A stretch of 64,000 bases of DNA from NCBI GenBank assembly GCA_964552395.1, contig CAZKGM010000008.1, positions 24,063 to 88,062 on the forward strand. Direction: 5' to 3'. The notes under the pieces were generated by a model, which saw nothing but the letters and a program-made list of their open reading frames with translations, had not been told where the DNA came from and did not search any database. The DNA is from an uncultured Thermoanaerobaculia bacterium. Its GTDB lineage: Bacteria; Acidobacteriota; Thermoanaerobaculia; Thermoanaerobaculales; Sulfomarinibacteraceae. Position 1 is the stretch's first letter; the number at the start of each line of letters is the position of its first letter. Below, piece by piece: positions 27,627-37,083 of the stretch. Position numbers and translations under genes: made by a program.

Positions 27627-27738
27627 GGTTCCCAGGCGTCGGCGGCTCGAGCTGTGTGAAGGCAATTCGGTGCGCTGTTACAGCGTGCCTGGGCAGCGGT
27701 GAGTGTGCTGCTGTAGGGTCCGCTGCGGGAGGGCGCCA

Positions 27739-28635
27739 GTGAGCCCGATCGGCCCGCGGTTGCGCCACTTTCTGGGAGCCCCACAGCCCGAGGGCTTTGT
27801 GGCCTCGAACGGCGGGCGCCTGCTAGCCCACGTCCGTCAGCTCGAGGTGCGTGCCCGTCAGGCGATGACGGCAGGGCTCGCCGGGCAGTACAACAGCGCC
27901 TTCAAGGGCCGCGGGCTTGAGTTTGAGGAGGTGCGCGAGTATCGCCGAGGCGACGACGTGCGCACCATCGACTGGAATGTCACCGCGCGAACCGGCCGTC
28001 TCCACGTCAAGCTGTTCCGTGAAGAGCGGGACCTGACCGTTCTGCTGCTAGCTGATCTGTCTGCGTCGACGCGTTTCGGCAGCGGCCCGATGACGGTTCA
28101 TGATCTGATCGCCGAGGTCTCGGGCCTGTTCGCGCTCGCCGCCGGCCGGCGCGACCGGGTCGGCGCGGTGCTCTTCGACGATCACGTACGGGCGATCATC
28201 CCGCCGCGCCGCGGCTGGCGGCACGGGCTGCGTGTCGCCGGGCAGCTGCTGGGCGCGGAGCCGGCCGGTCGCGGCACGGCGGCCGGCGAGGCGATGGGCG
28301 CTGCCGCCCGGCTTCTGCATCGGCGCGGCATCGTGATTCCGGTCGTCGATCGGGCGTGTGTCCTGCCGTCACGCGAGCTTCGAGGCCTGGGCGCCCGCCA
28401 CGACGTTGTCGTGATCAGGGTCGGGGACCCCCTGCTCGAGCGCAGTGCGTCGGAGGTGCCGTTACCCGTGAGCTGGGCGGAGGGACCGGGGCGGGCGGTG
28501 TTCGCGGGAGGGCGCCTGAAGCCGCCGCCGCCGGTGCCGGCGGGTGTGGATGTGCTGGAGCTGTCGACCGGCGAGGATTACCTGCCGGCAGTGAGGGCCC
28601 TTTTCCGCGAAAGGGAGCGGCGCCGTGCGCGCTGA
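27739..28635 (+). CDS. DUF58 family protein (vWA-like, MoxR partner)
   Basis: The GRGLEFEEVREYRRGDDVRTIDWNVTAR signature is followed by VLLLADLSAS. The GTG at 27739 is preceded by the SD GGGAGGG. The listed start at 27703 is also possible. Confidence 0.8.
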   Translation: MSPIGPRLRHFLGAPQPEGFVASNGGRLLAHVRQLEVRARQAMTAGLAGQYNSAFKGRGLEFEEVREYRRGDDVRTIDWNVTARTGRLHVKLFREERDLTVLLLADLSASTRFGSGPMTVHDLIAEVSGLFALAAGRRDRVGAVLFDDHVRAIIPPRRGWRHGLRVAGQLLGAEPAGRGTAAGEAMGAAARLLHRRGIVIPVVDRACVLPSRELRGLGARHDVVVIRVGDPLLERSASEVPLPVSWAEGPGRAVFAGGRLKPPPPVPAGVDVLELSTGEDYLPAVRALFRERERRRAR

Positions 28636-29587
28636 GCTCTTGCGCATCCCTCTCCTGGTGGCGGCGCTGATGCCGGCAGCCGCCGGTACGGCTGCCGGGC
28701 CGAACCCACAGCTGCACGTGACAGTCCCGGCGGGACCGGCTGCAGTCGGAGATCGTGTCCCGGTCAGGGTCGAGGCGATGGACGGTGCCGGCGGGCTGTG
28801 GGGAGATGTTCAGGCGGAGGTCGGAGATCGGGGCGACTGGGCCGTGGCCGGGGCCCCGAAAACGGTGCCGGATGCCACCGTACCGACTTGGGTGGTCGAG
28901 TTGGTGCCGTTGCGCGTCGGCAAGCTGCCGCTGCCGCGGTTGCACGCCGCGCTGCGCTCGGCCGACGGTTCGCGGCGTGATGTGTCGGCGGCTGCAGAGC
29001 CCACCGTGACGGTGGCCTCGGTCCTGCCGCCCGGGAAGAAGATCAAGCCGGCTCCCCTGACTGCACCGATTGGCGCCCGAGGCTTCCCGTGGGAATGGGT
29101 GGTGCCGGGTGTCCTGCTGTTGCTGCCGGTCATCCTGCTGCTGCTGTGGTTCCTGCGCCGGCGACGGCGCCGCCGGAGCGACAGCGCGGGAGCGCCCGTG
29201 CTGTTGCCGCTGGACGAGCTGATGGCCCTAGTCGGCGAGCTGCGTGGCAGAATCGGCCACGTACCGGCCGAGCTGATCTGCGATCGTCTTGCCGCGGCTG
29301 TCCGACGCTTTCTCGCGCGTCGCAGCGGCGAGCCGGTGCAGGAAATGACCTCATTCGAAGTGCGCCGCCTGGCTCGGCGGAGTGCCTGGCCGTCCGGGGT
29401 TCAGGCTGCACTCGGAGAGGCGATGACACTGGCCGACGGTGTGCGTTTCGCCCGCCGGCCGGCAGGAGACGACGAGCTTGGACGGGGCCTCGATCGGACC
29501 GTGGAAGCGGCGCGCGAGCTCGATGCGCACCTCTCGGCCTGCGAGCTGGCGGATGCCGAGCAGGTGGCGCGGGAGGCCAGCGCATGA
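28625..29587 (+). CDS. Membrane protein of the Bat/MoxR operon (signal peptide, Ig-like periplasmic part, TM + poly-Arg, cytoplasmic tail; DUF4381/BatD-like topology)
   Basis: GTG start overlapping the DUF58 stop by 11 nt. The sequence shows MRAELLRIPLLVAALMPAAAG and then the transmembrane segment WEWVVPGVLLLLPVILLLLWFLRRRRRRR. Its position equals that of the small DUF4381 gene in Bat operons. Confidence 0.55.
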   Translation: MRAELLRIPLLVAALMPAAAGTAAGPNPQLHVTVPAGPAAVGDRVPVRVEAMDGAGGLWGDVQAEVGDRGDWAVAGAPKTVPDATVPTWVVELVPLRVGKLPLPRLHAALRSADGSRRDVSAAAEPTVTVASVLPPGKKIKPAPLTAPIGARGFPWEWVVPGVLLLLPVILLLLWFLRRRRRRRSDSAGAPVLLPLDELMALVGELRGRIGHVPAELICDRLAAAVRRFLARRSGEPVQEMTSFEVRRLARRSAWPSGVQAALGEAMTLADGVRFARRPAGDDELGRGLDRTVEAARELDAHLSACELADAEQVAREASA

Positions 29588-30582
29588 TACGCCTCGCGCA
29601 ACCGTGGTGGCTCGTGCTGGCGGGGACGGGCGTGCTGGCCGCAGCCCTGTGGTCGGTGCGGCGACTGTGGCAGCGGTACCCCTTTCCGCTGCGTATCGTG
29701 CGCAGCGCCAGAGGTGGTATTGCGGTGGGTGCGACGGTGATCGCCGGTCTTCTGGCCGCCGCCGCCCTGGTGCCGCTGGCGGTAGCTGCCGCACGTCCGC
29801 AGGAAGTTCTGTCACGGGAGATCGAGCATGCGAAGGGTGTGGACATTGTCATCGCACTCGACGTGTCGGGTTCGATGGCCGCGCTCGACTTCAAGCCGAG
29901 TGACCGTCTGGGTGTGGCCAAGCAGGTGATATCGGACTTCCTCGCCCGCCGGCCGGAGGACAGGATGGGCCTCGTCGTCTTCGCCGGCGCGGCGGTGACC
30001 CTCTGCCCGCTGACACTGGATCACGACGTGGCTCGGATGCTCCTCGACCGTGTGGCGCTGGGAGCGCTGCCGGACGGTACGGCGATCGGCATGGGGCTCG
30101 GCACCGCTGTCAACAGGCTGCGGCACTCCAAGGCGCGTTCGAAGATCATCGTCCTGGTAACAGATGGCGCGAACAACGCGGGAGAGCTCGATCCGATGGG
30201 GGCCGCAGAGCTGGCGCATGAGCAGGGCATCAAGGTCTACACGGTTCTGGTCGGCCGTGGCGGAGAGGTTCCGATCCCGCTGCGGTTCCAGGATCCGCGC
30301 ACAGGCCAGGTTGTCACGCAGATCAGGCAGGTGCGGGTCGACGTCAATCCGGAGTTGCTCGCCAGCATTGCGCGCCAGACGGGCGGCGCGGCGTTCCGTG
30401 CCCGCGACTCGAGAGCGCTGCAGAGGGTCTTCGATGAGATTGACAGGATGGAGAAGACCAAGTTCTCGTCCGTCAAGCTCGTGCGCTACCGCGAGCGCTT
30501 CGAGCCGTGGGCGGCGGTGGCGCTGGCGCTGGTGCTCGCGGGTATCGTGGTCGAGTCCGCCCTCGGGAGATCGCCGTGGTGA
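29584..30582 (+). CDS. batA: vWA domain membrane protein, BatA-like
   Basis: The ATG at 29584 overlaps the previous stop (ATGA). There are N- and C-terminal transmembrane helices. MIDAS is VIALDVSGSM, with VLVTDGANN and VYTVLVG. The listed ORF start at 29089 was rejected as an upstream extension. Confidence 0.8.
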   Translation: MIRLAQPWWLVLAGTGVLAAALWSVRRLWQRYPFPLRIVRSARGGIAVGATVIAGLLAAAALVPLAVAAARPQEVLSREIEHAKGVDIVIALDVSGSMAALDFKPSDRLGVAKQVISDFLARRPEDRMGLVVFAGAAVTLCPLTLDHDVARMLLDRVALGALPDGTAIGMGLGTAVNRLRHSKARSKIIVLVTDGANNAGELDPMGAAELAHEQGIKVYTVLVGRGGEVPIPLRFQDPRTGQVVTQIRQVRVDVNPELLASIARQTGGAAFRARDSRALQRVFDEIDRMEKTKFSSVKLVRYRERFEPWAAVALALVLAGIVVESALGRSPW

Positions 30583-32294
30583 GCTTTGCCGCCCCCGCGC
30601 GTCTGTGGCTGCTGGCGGTGCCGGTGGCGGCGGCGTTGGCGGTCGTCGTCCGTCACCGCTGGCGGCTTGCCGCCCAGCGGCGGCTGGCGAGCCCGTCGGT
30701 ATGGCGGCGGTTGATGGGAGCTGCGCCCTCAACCGGGATCGCCCGGCTCCTGACGTGGTGTGCAGCGGCCGTGTTCTTGGTGCTCGCGCTGGCCAGGCCC
30801 CAGTGGGGCCAGACCCCGCGGGAGGTCTCGGTGCAAACTCGCGACGTCGTGCTGGCGATCGATGTCTCCGACTCCATGCGGTGCGAGGACGTCAAGCCGT
30901 CACGGTTGCGTCTTGGCCTCGAGGTGCTGCGGCGCGCCCTGCCGACGCTGGCCGGGAACAGGGTGGCTGCCGTCGTGTTCGCGGGTGATGCCTACCCCCT
31001 GGTCCCTCTCACCACCGACGTGGAGGCCGTGGCGACGTTCCTGGACAGCGTCGAGCCGGGCTCGATCGCCCTTCCGGGCTCGAACTTGGAGCGCGCCGTT
31101 GCAACCAGTCTTGAGCTGCTGCCGGACGCGGGCAAGGGTCGGGTCATCGTGCTCGTGACCGATGGCGAGAACCTGCAGGGAGACCTCGACCACGCCGTCT
31201 CGAGCCTCAAGGCCGCGGGTGTCCACCTCCTCGGCCTTCTCGTCGGGACCGCGGACGGCGGGCCGATTCCGCTGGCCGGACGGGACGGAAGTCTGCACTA
31301 CAAGCATGATCGCAGCGGCGGGGTGGTGGTGACCCATGCCCGGCGTGCGACCCTGGAGCGCCTCGCCAAGGCTACCGGCGGCACGGTTGTCGATGCCTCG
31401 CAGCTGGAGTCGCCGGCCGATCTGGCGCGGCGGGTCGCCGCCCTTCAAAGCCGCACGGTCGGCAGCCGCCGCCGGGTCGCGCGCGTGGAGCGCTTCCAGC
31501 TCTTCCTGGCTGTAGCGGCGGGGCTGTTGCTGGCAGGGTTCGCCCTGTCGCCGTGGCGGCGCCTGACGGCGGTACTGGCGATCGTGTTGGCGCTCGGTGC
31601 TCCGGGTGCCTCGGCCCAAACGCCGACTCCGGCTGCGACCGGTGTCGCCGGGCCCCACGATGGTCGGGTCGAGGTGCCCTGGTACCAGCGCTGGGTTCCG
31701 GGAGGAAGCCGGCGCCTGGCGCGGTCAGGGGCCCGCTGCTACGAGAAGGGCGACCTGCCGAAGGCGACGCAGGCGTTCGCGGGAGCGGCGAGCCTCGACC
31801 CGCAGGATCCGGAACGCCAGTTCGACCTTGGAACGACCCTGGCGGCGCAGGGGAAGGTCAAGGACGCGACCCCATTCCTCGACCGGGCGAGGAAAGGCGG
31901 AGTGCCCGATGCGGCCTACAACCTCGGCACGGCGGCGCTGCAAGCGGAGCAGGCCGAGCCGGCAGTGAGATGGCTGCGTGACGCCCTCTTGGAGAACCCC
32001 AAGGACCCGCGTGCCAAGAGGAACTACGAGCTTGCCTTGCGGCTACTGAAGCAGCAGGAGAAGCACAACAAGAACCAGCCTGACAAGAAGGGCCGCAAGC
32101 AGCAGCAACCTCAGTCCCGGCAACAGAAGCCCGGGGCGACCCCGACCCCGACGCCGGCCTCCGGCGCCCGGCGGCGGCCGACCCCGGCTGCTGCCAACCC
32201 GTTGTACGGCGCCCTGGAGAGGGCGGAGGCCAAAGCGCGCAAGGCCATGCAGCGGCCGACTCCCAAGGCCGCCAAGGTGGAGGAGGACTGGTAG
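30576..32294 (+). CDS. batB: vWA domain + TPR protein, BatB/BatC-like fusion with Lys/Gln-rich tail
   Basis: The GTG start overlaps the batA stop. MIDAS is VLAIDVSDSM, with VLVTDGENL. After a transmembrane segment come TPR repeats (YEKGDLPKATQAFAGAASLDPQD...), then QQEKHNKNQPDKKGRKQQQPQSRQQKP. Confidence 0.75.
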   Translation: MVSFAAPARLWLLAVPVAAALAVVVRHRWRLAAQRRLASPSVWRRLMGAAPSTGIARLLTWCAAAVFLVLALARPQWGQTPREVSVQTRDVVLAIDVSDSMRCEDVKPSRLRLGLEVLRRALPTLAGNRVAAVVFAGDAYPLVPLTTDVEAVATFLDSVEPGSIALPGSNLERAVATSLELLPDAGKGRVIVLVTDGENLQGDLDHAVSSLKAAGVHLLGLLVGTADGGPIPLAGRDGSLHYKHDRSGGVVVTHARRATLERLAKATGGTVVDASQLESPADLARRVAALQSRTVGSRRRVARVERFQLFLAVAAGLLLAGFALSPWRRLTAVLAIVLALGAPGASAQTPTPAATGVAGPHDGRVEVPWYQRWVPGGSRRLARSGARCYEKGDLPKATQAFAGAASLDPQDPERQFDLGTTLAAQGKVKDATPFLDRARKGGVPDAAYNLGTAALQAEQAEPAVRWLRDALLENPKDPRAKRNYELALRLLKQQEKHNKNQPDKKGRKQQQPQSRQQKPGATPTPTPASGARRRPTPAAANPLYGALERAEAKARKAMQRPTPKAAKVEEDW

Positions 32295-33961
32295 TGCGAC
32301 GCCCGGTTTCGACCGTGATGGTCGCGCTCCTGGCGCTCTTGGTGGCGGTCGTGGCCGGCGCGGACGAACCCTCGCTCGAGGTCCATCTGAACCCCCAGCG
32401 GCTCGGCCTCCAAGACGTGACGCGGCTTACGATAACTGTCTCCGGAGGGAAGATCGAGGGGGCGCCGCCGCGCCCCGCCCAGCTGTCGAACCTCGAGATT
32501 GTCGGCGGCCCCAGCACCGAGCAGCAGTTCTCCTGGGTCAACGGCGTCGCGTCGTCGAGCACGCGGTTCGTCTACGTCCTCCAGCCCCTGGGGCTGGGGT
32601 CGGCCCGGGTCGGGCCGGTGACGGTGCGGATCGGCGGCAAAGAGCTGGCCTCGGCAGCGATCGAAGCCGAGGTGGTCGAGGGCAGTCTGGCCCCGCCGCA
32701 ACGTCAGCGCCGGCTGCCGTGGAGCCCCTTGGATGATGTCCTCGGGCCCCGCTCCCGGCGCCAGGTGCAGGCGGAGGTGCGCCTGCTGGCGCCCAAGACG
32801 AAGCTGTACCTTGGTGAGTCCATCCCGATCACGGTGGTTCTCGAGACGACCGCCAGCGTCGAGGGCTTCCAGTGGGTCGACCCGCCGTCGTTTCCCGGCT
32901 GGTGGGTGCAGCGCGTGGACCTTCCCCAACAGGTGAGCGGTTCCTTGGTCGAGCGCGGCGGCAGGCGCCTGATGCAGTACCCCGTGGCACGCTACGTGAT
33001 CATTCCACTCAAGGCGGGGATGCTGAAGGTGCCGGCGACCCGCGCGCGCATCGGGATTGGAGCGCCGAGCCTGTTCGGCCCCGGGCAGGTTCTGGAGCGG
33101 ACGTCATCACAGCGTGACTTCGAGGTCATGCAGCGGCCGGTGCCGCCCGGCGGGTTCAGCGGTGCCGTGGGGAAGCTGTCGTACAGCGGCAAGGTGTCGC
33201 CGCAGAAGGTCCGTGTCGGCGACCCGCTGACAGTGACCATCAGCCTCGCGGGGAACGGCAATCTGCCGTTGGTCGGAGCCCCTGCGAGGTGGCCTTCGTG
33301 TAGCACGTGTGAGGCCTATCCGCCGGAAGAGAACAGCTCGGTGAAGGTGGATGGGGACGGCATCCATGGCACACGTACGTGGTCGACGACGATGGTGCCG
33401 CGGCAGTGGGGCGACCTCCGACTGCCCGCGGTCTCGCTGGCCGTCTTCGACCCCGTGAGCGTGACCTACCGGCGCCAGTCCGTCGGCCCCTTCACGGTCA
33501 TGGTGTCGCCGCCGGCGGTCACGCCGACGCCGACGCCGCCAGCCGTGCCGCTTCCGCGACGGGCCGCGGCCGGCGCCGTGCGCACCATTGAGCACGACCG
33601 GCCCGCGCCCCGCTCGGATCGGGAGGGGTCGGCACCTTGGAGGTGGGTCCTGGGCGCTCTCGCCGTGGGCCTTTTTCTCGGCGCCGCGACGGCCCTGCTC
33701 CTACGCCGCCGGCGCCGGGTGCGAATCCCGAAGGCTGCCGCCGGTGAGTCAGCCGCCGAAAGGGCCAGGGAGCTGCAGGGTGTGCTCGAGCGCTGGTGGA
33801 GCGGTCTGCGGGAGAACGAGAAGACCCGGCCGCACGAGGAGAATGTCAGCTCCCTCAGGCGGGAGCTCGAGGGGATCCGCTTCGCGCCGGGACGCGCGGA
33901 CCACACGGAGACCGTGCGGCAGCTCGAGGAGAGGCTCCGCAAGCTGCTGAGAGACGCGTGA
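32294..33961 (+). CDS. batD: BatD-like oxygen-tolerance family protein
   Basis: GTG overlaps the previous TAG (TAGTG). The protein has a signal peptide, repeated Ig-like segments, a late transmembrane helix (WRWVLGALAVGLFLGAATALLL) followed by RRRRR, and a cytoplasmic tail. This is the BatD architecture. Confidence 0.7.
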   Translation: MRRPVSTVMVALLALLVAVVAGADEPSLEVHLNPQRLGLQDVTRLTITVSGGKIEGAPPRPAQLSNLEIVGGPSTEQQFSWVNGVASSSTRFVYVLQPLGLGSARVGPVTVRIGGKELASAAIEAEVVEGSLAPPQRQRRLPWSPLDDVLGPRSRRQVQAEVRLLAPKTKLYLGESIPITVVLETTASVEGFQWVDPPSFPGWWVQRVDLPQQVSGSLVERGGRRLMQYPVARYVIIPLKAGMLKVPATRARIGIGAPSLFGPGQVLERTSSQRDFEVMQRPVPPGGFSGAVGKLSYSGKVSPQKVRVGDPLTVTISLAGNGNLPLVGAPARWPSCSTCEAYPPEENSSVKVDGDGIHGTRTWSTTMVPRQWGDLRLPAVSLAVFDPVSVTYRRQSVGPFTVMVSPPAVTPTPTPPAVPLPRRAAAGAVRTIEHDRPAPRSDREGSAPWRWVLGALAVGLFLGAATALLLRRRRRVRIPKAAAGESAAERARELQGVLERWWSGLRENEKTRPHEENVSSLRRELEGIRFAPGRADHTETVRQLEERLRKLLRDA

Positions 33962-33973
33962 TAAACTGCCTGC

Positions 33974-35101
33974 GTGTCTGACTTTCAGGTCTTCAGTCTG
34001 GCGCTGGAGGAGATCGAGCCGTTTCTCGACAGGCGACGGTATGCGGCGTTCGTGCCGGTGCGTCTGCGGGCGGATGTCTTCCTGCGCGAGATCCTGAGTA
34101 AGGCGAACGACTTCTTGCCTTCGGGTGGCGGCTCCATTCTCATGGACAAGCCGTTCGAGAGGGGACGAAGCCCGGGCGAGACGCGGCTGCATTTCGTGGC
34201 GACGTTCGGGGCGCTAGCGGACCAGCTGGTGGGGATGTCACTGTCCGCCGACGAAGGTGTGGCGGGTCATGTGTATCGCACCGGTGAGCCGTACCTGATG
34301 GCAACGCCCGAGAGCGACCCGAACTTCTATGCCAAGTTCGACGAAACACACGGCTTTCACACCGAGAGTATGGTTGCAGTCCCGATCCGGATCGAGCGGA
34401 CAGTGTGCGGCGTGCTCGAGCTCATCAACCGCTCCGACGGTCGTCCGTTTACCGAGAGGGACCGGCAGCTGCTCGAGATCTTCGCCCGCTACACGTCAGT
34501 GTTTATCGAGAACCTCCTGGATGCACAGCGGGCCAACGAGATGGCGCGGCGCGATGATCTTACCGGCCTCTACAACGACCGTTTCTTCCATCATCGGCTG
34601 ACGGAGGACCTGGTCCGCGCCGACGTCATTGGGTCGTCGGTAGCGCTACTGTTCCTGGATCTGGACAACTTCAAGGATGTCAATGACACGCACGGACATC
34701 TCGCGGGCTCCCAGGTGCTCAAAGAGTTCGGGTTCTTGCTAAGCAAGACGGTGACAAGGGGAGGCGCAACCCTCGCTCGGTACGGCGGTGACGAGTTCGT
34801 GGTGATCCTGGCCGACGACGGGGAAGACGAAGCGCTCGAAACGGCGCGGCGGATTCAGTCCGCGATGCGTGACGCGACCTTCCTTCAGGGCACCTACACA
34901 TGGGCAGAGAGGCCTGTCGTGTGGCGGCGCGATCTGACATGCTCGCTGGGTGTGGCCGTGTACCCCGACCACGTCTCACGCGAGGGCACCACGGACCTGA
35001 AGAAGAACCTGCTCCTACGGGCGGCGGACCAGGCCATGTACCGAGCCAAGGACGAGGGCAAAGATCGCATTCGGGTGGCTGAGGCGATCACGGTAGCGTA
35101 G
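33974..35101 (+). CDS. GAF-domain diguanylate cyclase (GGDEF)
   Basis: A GAF-like N-terminal half (…GVAGHVYRTGEPYLM…VAVPIRIERTVCGVLELINR) is followed by the GGDEF active site RYGGDEFVVIL with upstream DLDNFKDVNDTHGH. It starts 12 nt after batD. Confidence 0.85.
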   Translation: MSDFQVFSLALEEIEPFLDRRRYAAFVPVRLRADVFLREILSKANDFLPSGGGSILMDKPFERGRSPGETRLHFVATFGALADQLVGMSLSADEGVAGHVYRTGEPYLMATPESDPNFYAKFDETHGFHTESMVAVPIRIERTVCGVLELINRSDGRPFTERDRQLLEIFARYTSVFIENLLDAQRANEMARRDDLTGLYNDRFFHHRLTEDLVRADVIGSSVALLFLDLDNFKDVNDTHGHLAGSQVLKEFGFLLSKTVTRGGATLARYGGDEFVVILADDGEDEALETARRIQSAMRDATFLQGTYTWAERPVVWRRDLTCSLGVAVYPDHVSREGTTDLKKNLLLRAADQAMYRAKDEGKDRIRVAEAITVA

Positions 35102-35415
35102 CCCCGGCCATCGGTTGAGGATCTGAGCGACATGCAGAAGGGCCTACCACTCTTCCGTCAACCGACTCACGGCGGCCGGCTTGCCCCGCGGGGTGTGCTG
35201 GAGGTGACCGGTGGGAGGGCGGAGGAAGGGATCTACAGCTCGACCTTCAAGGCTCGGCCATGGCGGAGGCGCCGCAGGTCTCGCGGCGATCGCTCCGGAA
35301 TGACTCGAGCCTATCATCCGCTGTGCGTCCCATGACGGAGACGGCTCCGTGGGCGAAGAGGGACTACGCCAGATTGGCACTCCTCGCCGCCGCGCGGTGG
35401 GAAGGATCATGGCAG

Positions 35416-35443
35416 GGAACTTGCTTTACTGTGCGGTGGTCGT
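35416..35443 (+). promoter_or_regulatory. Weak candidate ECF/sigmaE-type promoter (GGAAC...CGT) upstream of htrA
   Basis: GGAACTT at 35416-35422 and GTCGT at 35439-35443 lie about 40 nt upstream of the htrA ATG. The AAC-to-CGT spacing is 20 nt, longer than the usual 16-17 nt. Confidence 0.15.
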
Positions 35444-35482
35444 GAGCGACCGCTCCGACCGCGACTCTACTGGAGGTGAAAG

Positions 35483-36991
35483 ATGAAGCAGGAGCGGATG
35501 AGGCTCTTCTCCCTTGCCGGCGTGATCGTCGCCGCTGTGTTGTTCGGGATGGTCGTGGCAGGGGGCCTCAACCTGACGCCGCAGGTGGCGGCCGACCGCC
35601 CGGCGGCGACGCCGGCGGCGGCGCCGGCGCCGATGGCAGCACCGGACTTCGCGTCGCTCGCGGAGAGGGTCGTGCCGTCGGTGGTTTCGGTCTACGCGAA
35701 GGAGATCATCAAGCCCGGTGATCAGCAGCAGATGCGGGGCATGCCCAACGATCCCTTCCACTTCTTCTTCGGTCCGTTCAACAACCGGGACCGTCAGCAA
35801 CAACAGGAACCGATCGTGCGGCCATCGGCGGGATCGGGGTTCTTCATCTCGTCGGACGGCGAGTTGCTCACCAACAACCACGTGGTCGAGAACGCCGATC
35901 AGCTCGAGATCCGCCTCAAGGACGGCAGCCGGTACGCGGTGAAGGTGGTCGGCCGGGACCCGGCGACGGACGTTGCCCTGATTCGGGTGGTCAAGCCGGA
36001 CCGCGAGTTCCCGGTGCTGCCGCTCGGTGAGTCCAAGGCGGCGCGGGTCGGAGAGTGGGTGATGGCCGTGGGCAATCCCCTCAACATGGACCACACAGTG
36101 ACCGTCGGCGTGGTGTCGGCGAAGGGGCGTGTGCTCGGAATCTCCGACACCTCTTTCGAGAACTTCATTCAGACCGACGCCGCCATCAACTTCGGAAACT
36201 CGGGCGGACCGCTGGTCGATCTCCAGGGTCGGGTGATCGGCATCAACACGGCGATCAACGCTCGCGGTCAAGGAATGGGCTTTGCGGTCCCGATCGATAC
36301 CGCCAAGCTGATCCTGCCGCAGCTGCGGGAGCACGGCAAGGTTGTTCGCGGCTACCTCGGAGTGACCGTTCGCAACATCGGCCCCGAGCTGCAGGACGCG
36401 TTCGGTCTCAAGGATCGCAACGGCGCCTTTGTCGAGGAGGTGCTTTCGGGTCACTCCGGTGACAAGGCCGGGCTCGAGCACGGCGACGTCATCACCGAGA
36501 TCAACGGCGATCCCGTCAAGGACACTCGCGGCCTGATCGATCGGATCTCGGCGACCCCGCCGGGTACCAAGGTCCGGCTCGAGGTCCTCCGCAACGGGAA
36601 GAACAAGGAGCTGTCGGCGGTGCTCGAGGAGCGCAAGGGCGACGAGAACAAGGAGGAAGGCGAGTCCGACCACGTCGAAGAGCAGGGCAGTCTCTCCGAT
36701 CGTCTCGGCATCACGGTTTCCGACCTCACGCCCCGCGCACGCCAGATGTACCGCATCGATGACAGCGTCAGCGGTGTTGTGATCACGCATGTCAAGCCCG
36801 TGTCGGCAGCTGCGGACGACGGGCTGCAGCGTGGTGACGTCGTGACCGAGGTCAACGGCACCAAGGTCACCTCCGCGTCCGGCCTGGTGAACGCGGTGAA
36901 GGCGGTGCAGCGCGGCGGCTATGCACGCCTGTACGTGTACCGTCCGCAGGCGGACCGATCGTTCTTCGCCATCATCAAGCTCGACAAGTAA
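35483..36991 (+). CDS. htrA: HtrA/DegP/DegQ-family periplasmic serine protease with two PDZ domains
   Basis: The catalytic triad contexts are TNNHVVENA, DVALIRV and GNSGGPLV. Two PDZ-like segments follow. An N-terminal anchor is present. Confidence 0.9.
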   Translation: MKQERMRLFSLAGVIVAAVLFGMVVAGGLNLTPQVAADRPAATPAAAPAPMAAPDFASLAERVVPSVVSVYAKEIIKPGDQQQMRGMPNDPFHFFFGPFNNRDRQQQQEPIVRPSAGSGFFISSDGELLTNNHVVENADQLEIRLKDGSRYAVKVVGRDPATDVALIRVVKPDREFPVLPLGESKAARVGEWVMAVGNPLNMDHTVTVGVVSAKGRVLGISDTSFENFIQTDAAINFGNSGGPLVDLQGRVIGINTAINARGQGMGFAVPIDTAKLILPQLREHGKVVRGYLGVTVRNIGPELQDAFGLKDRNGAFVEEVLSGHSGDKAGLEHGDVITEINGDPVKDTRGLIDRISATPPGTKVRLEVLRNGKNKELSAVLEERKGDENKEEGESDHVEEQGSLSDRLGITVSDLTPRARQMYRIDDSVSGVVITHVKPVSAAADDGLQRGDVVTEVNGTKVTSASGLVNAVKAVQRGGYARLYVYRPQADRSFFAIIKLDK

Positions 36992-37010
36992 CCCGCTCGC
37001 GAACCAACTT

Positions 37011-37042
37011 GAGGGCCCCGCCCGGCGGGGCCCTCTTTCTTT
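37011..37042 (+). terminator. Rho-independent terminator after htrA
   Basis: GAGGGCCCCGCC (37011-37022) pairs perfectly with GGCGGGGCCCTC (37024-37035). TTTCTTT follows immediately at 37036-37042. Confidence 0.85.
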
Positions 37043-37083
37043 GGTTCGGAATACACTGTCGGAGTGGATGTTGTGGTGAGCGC

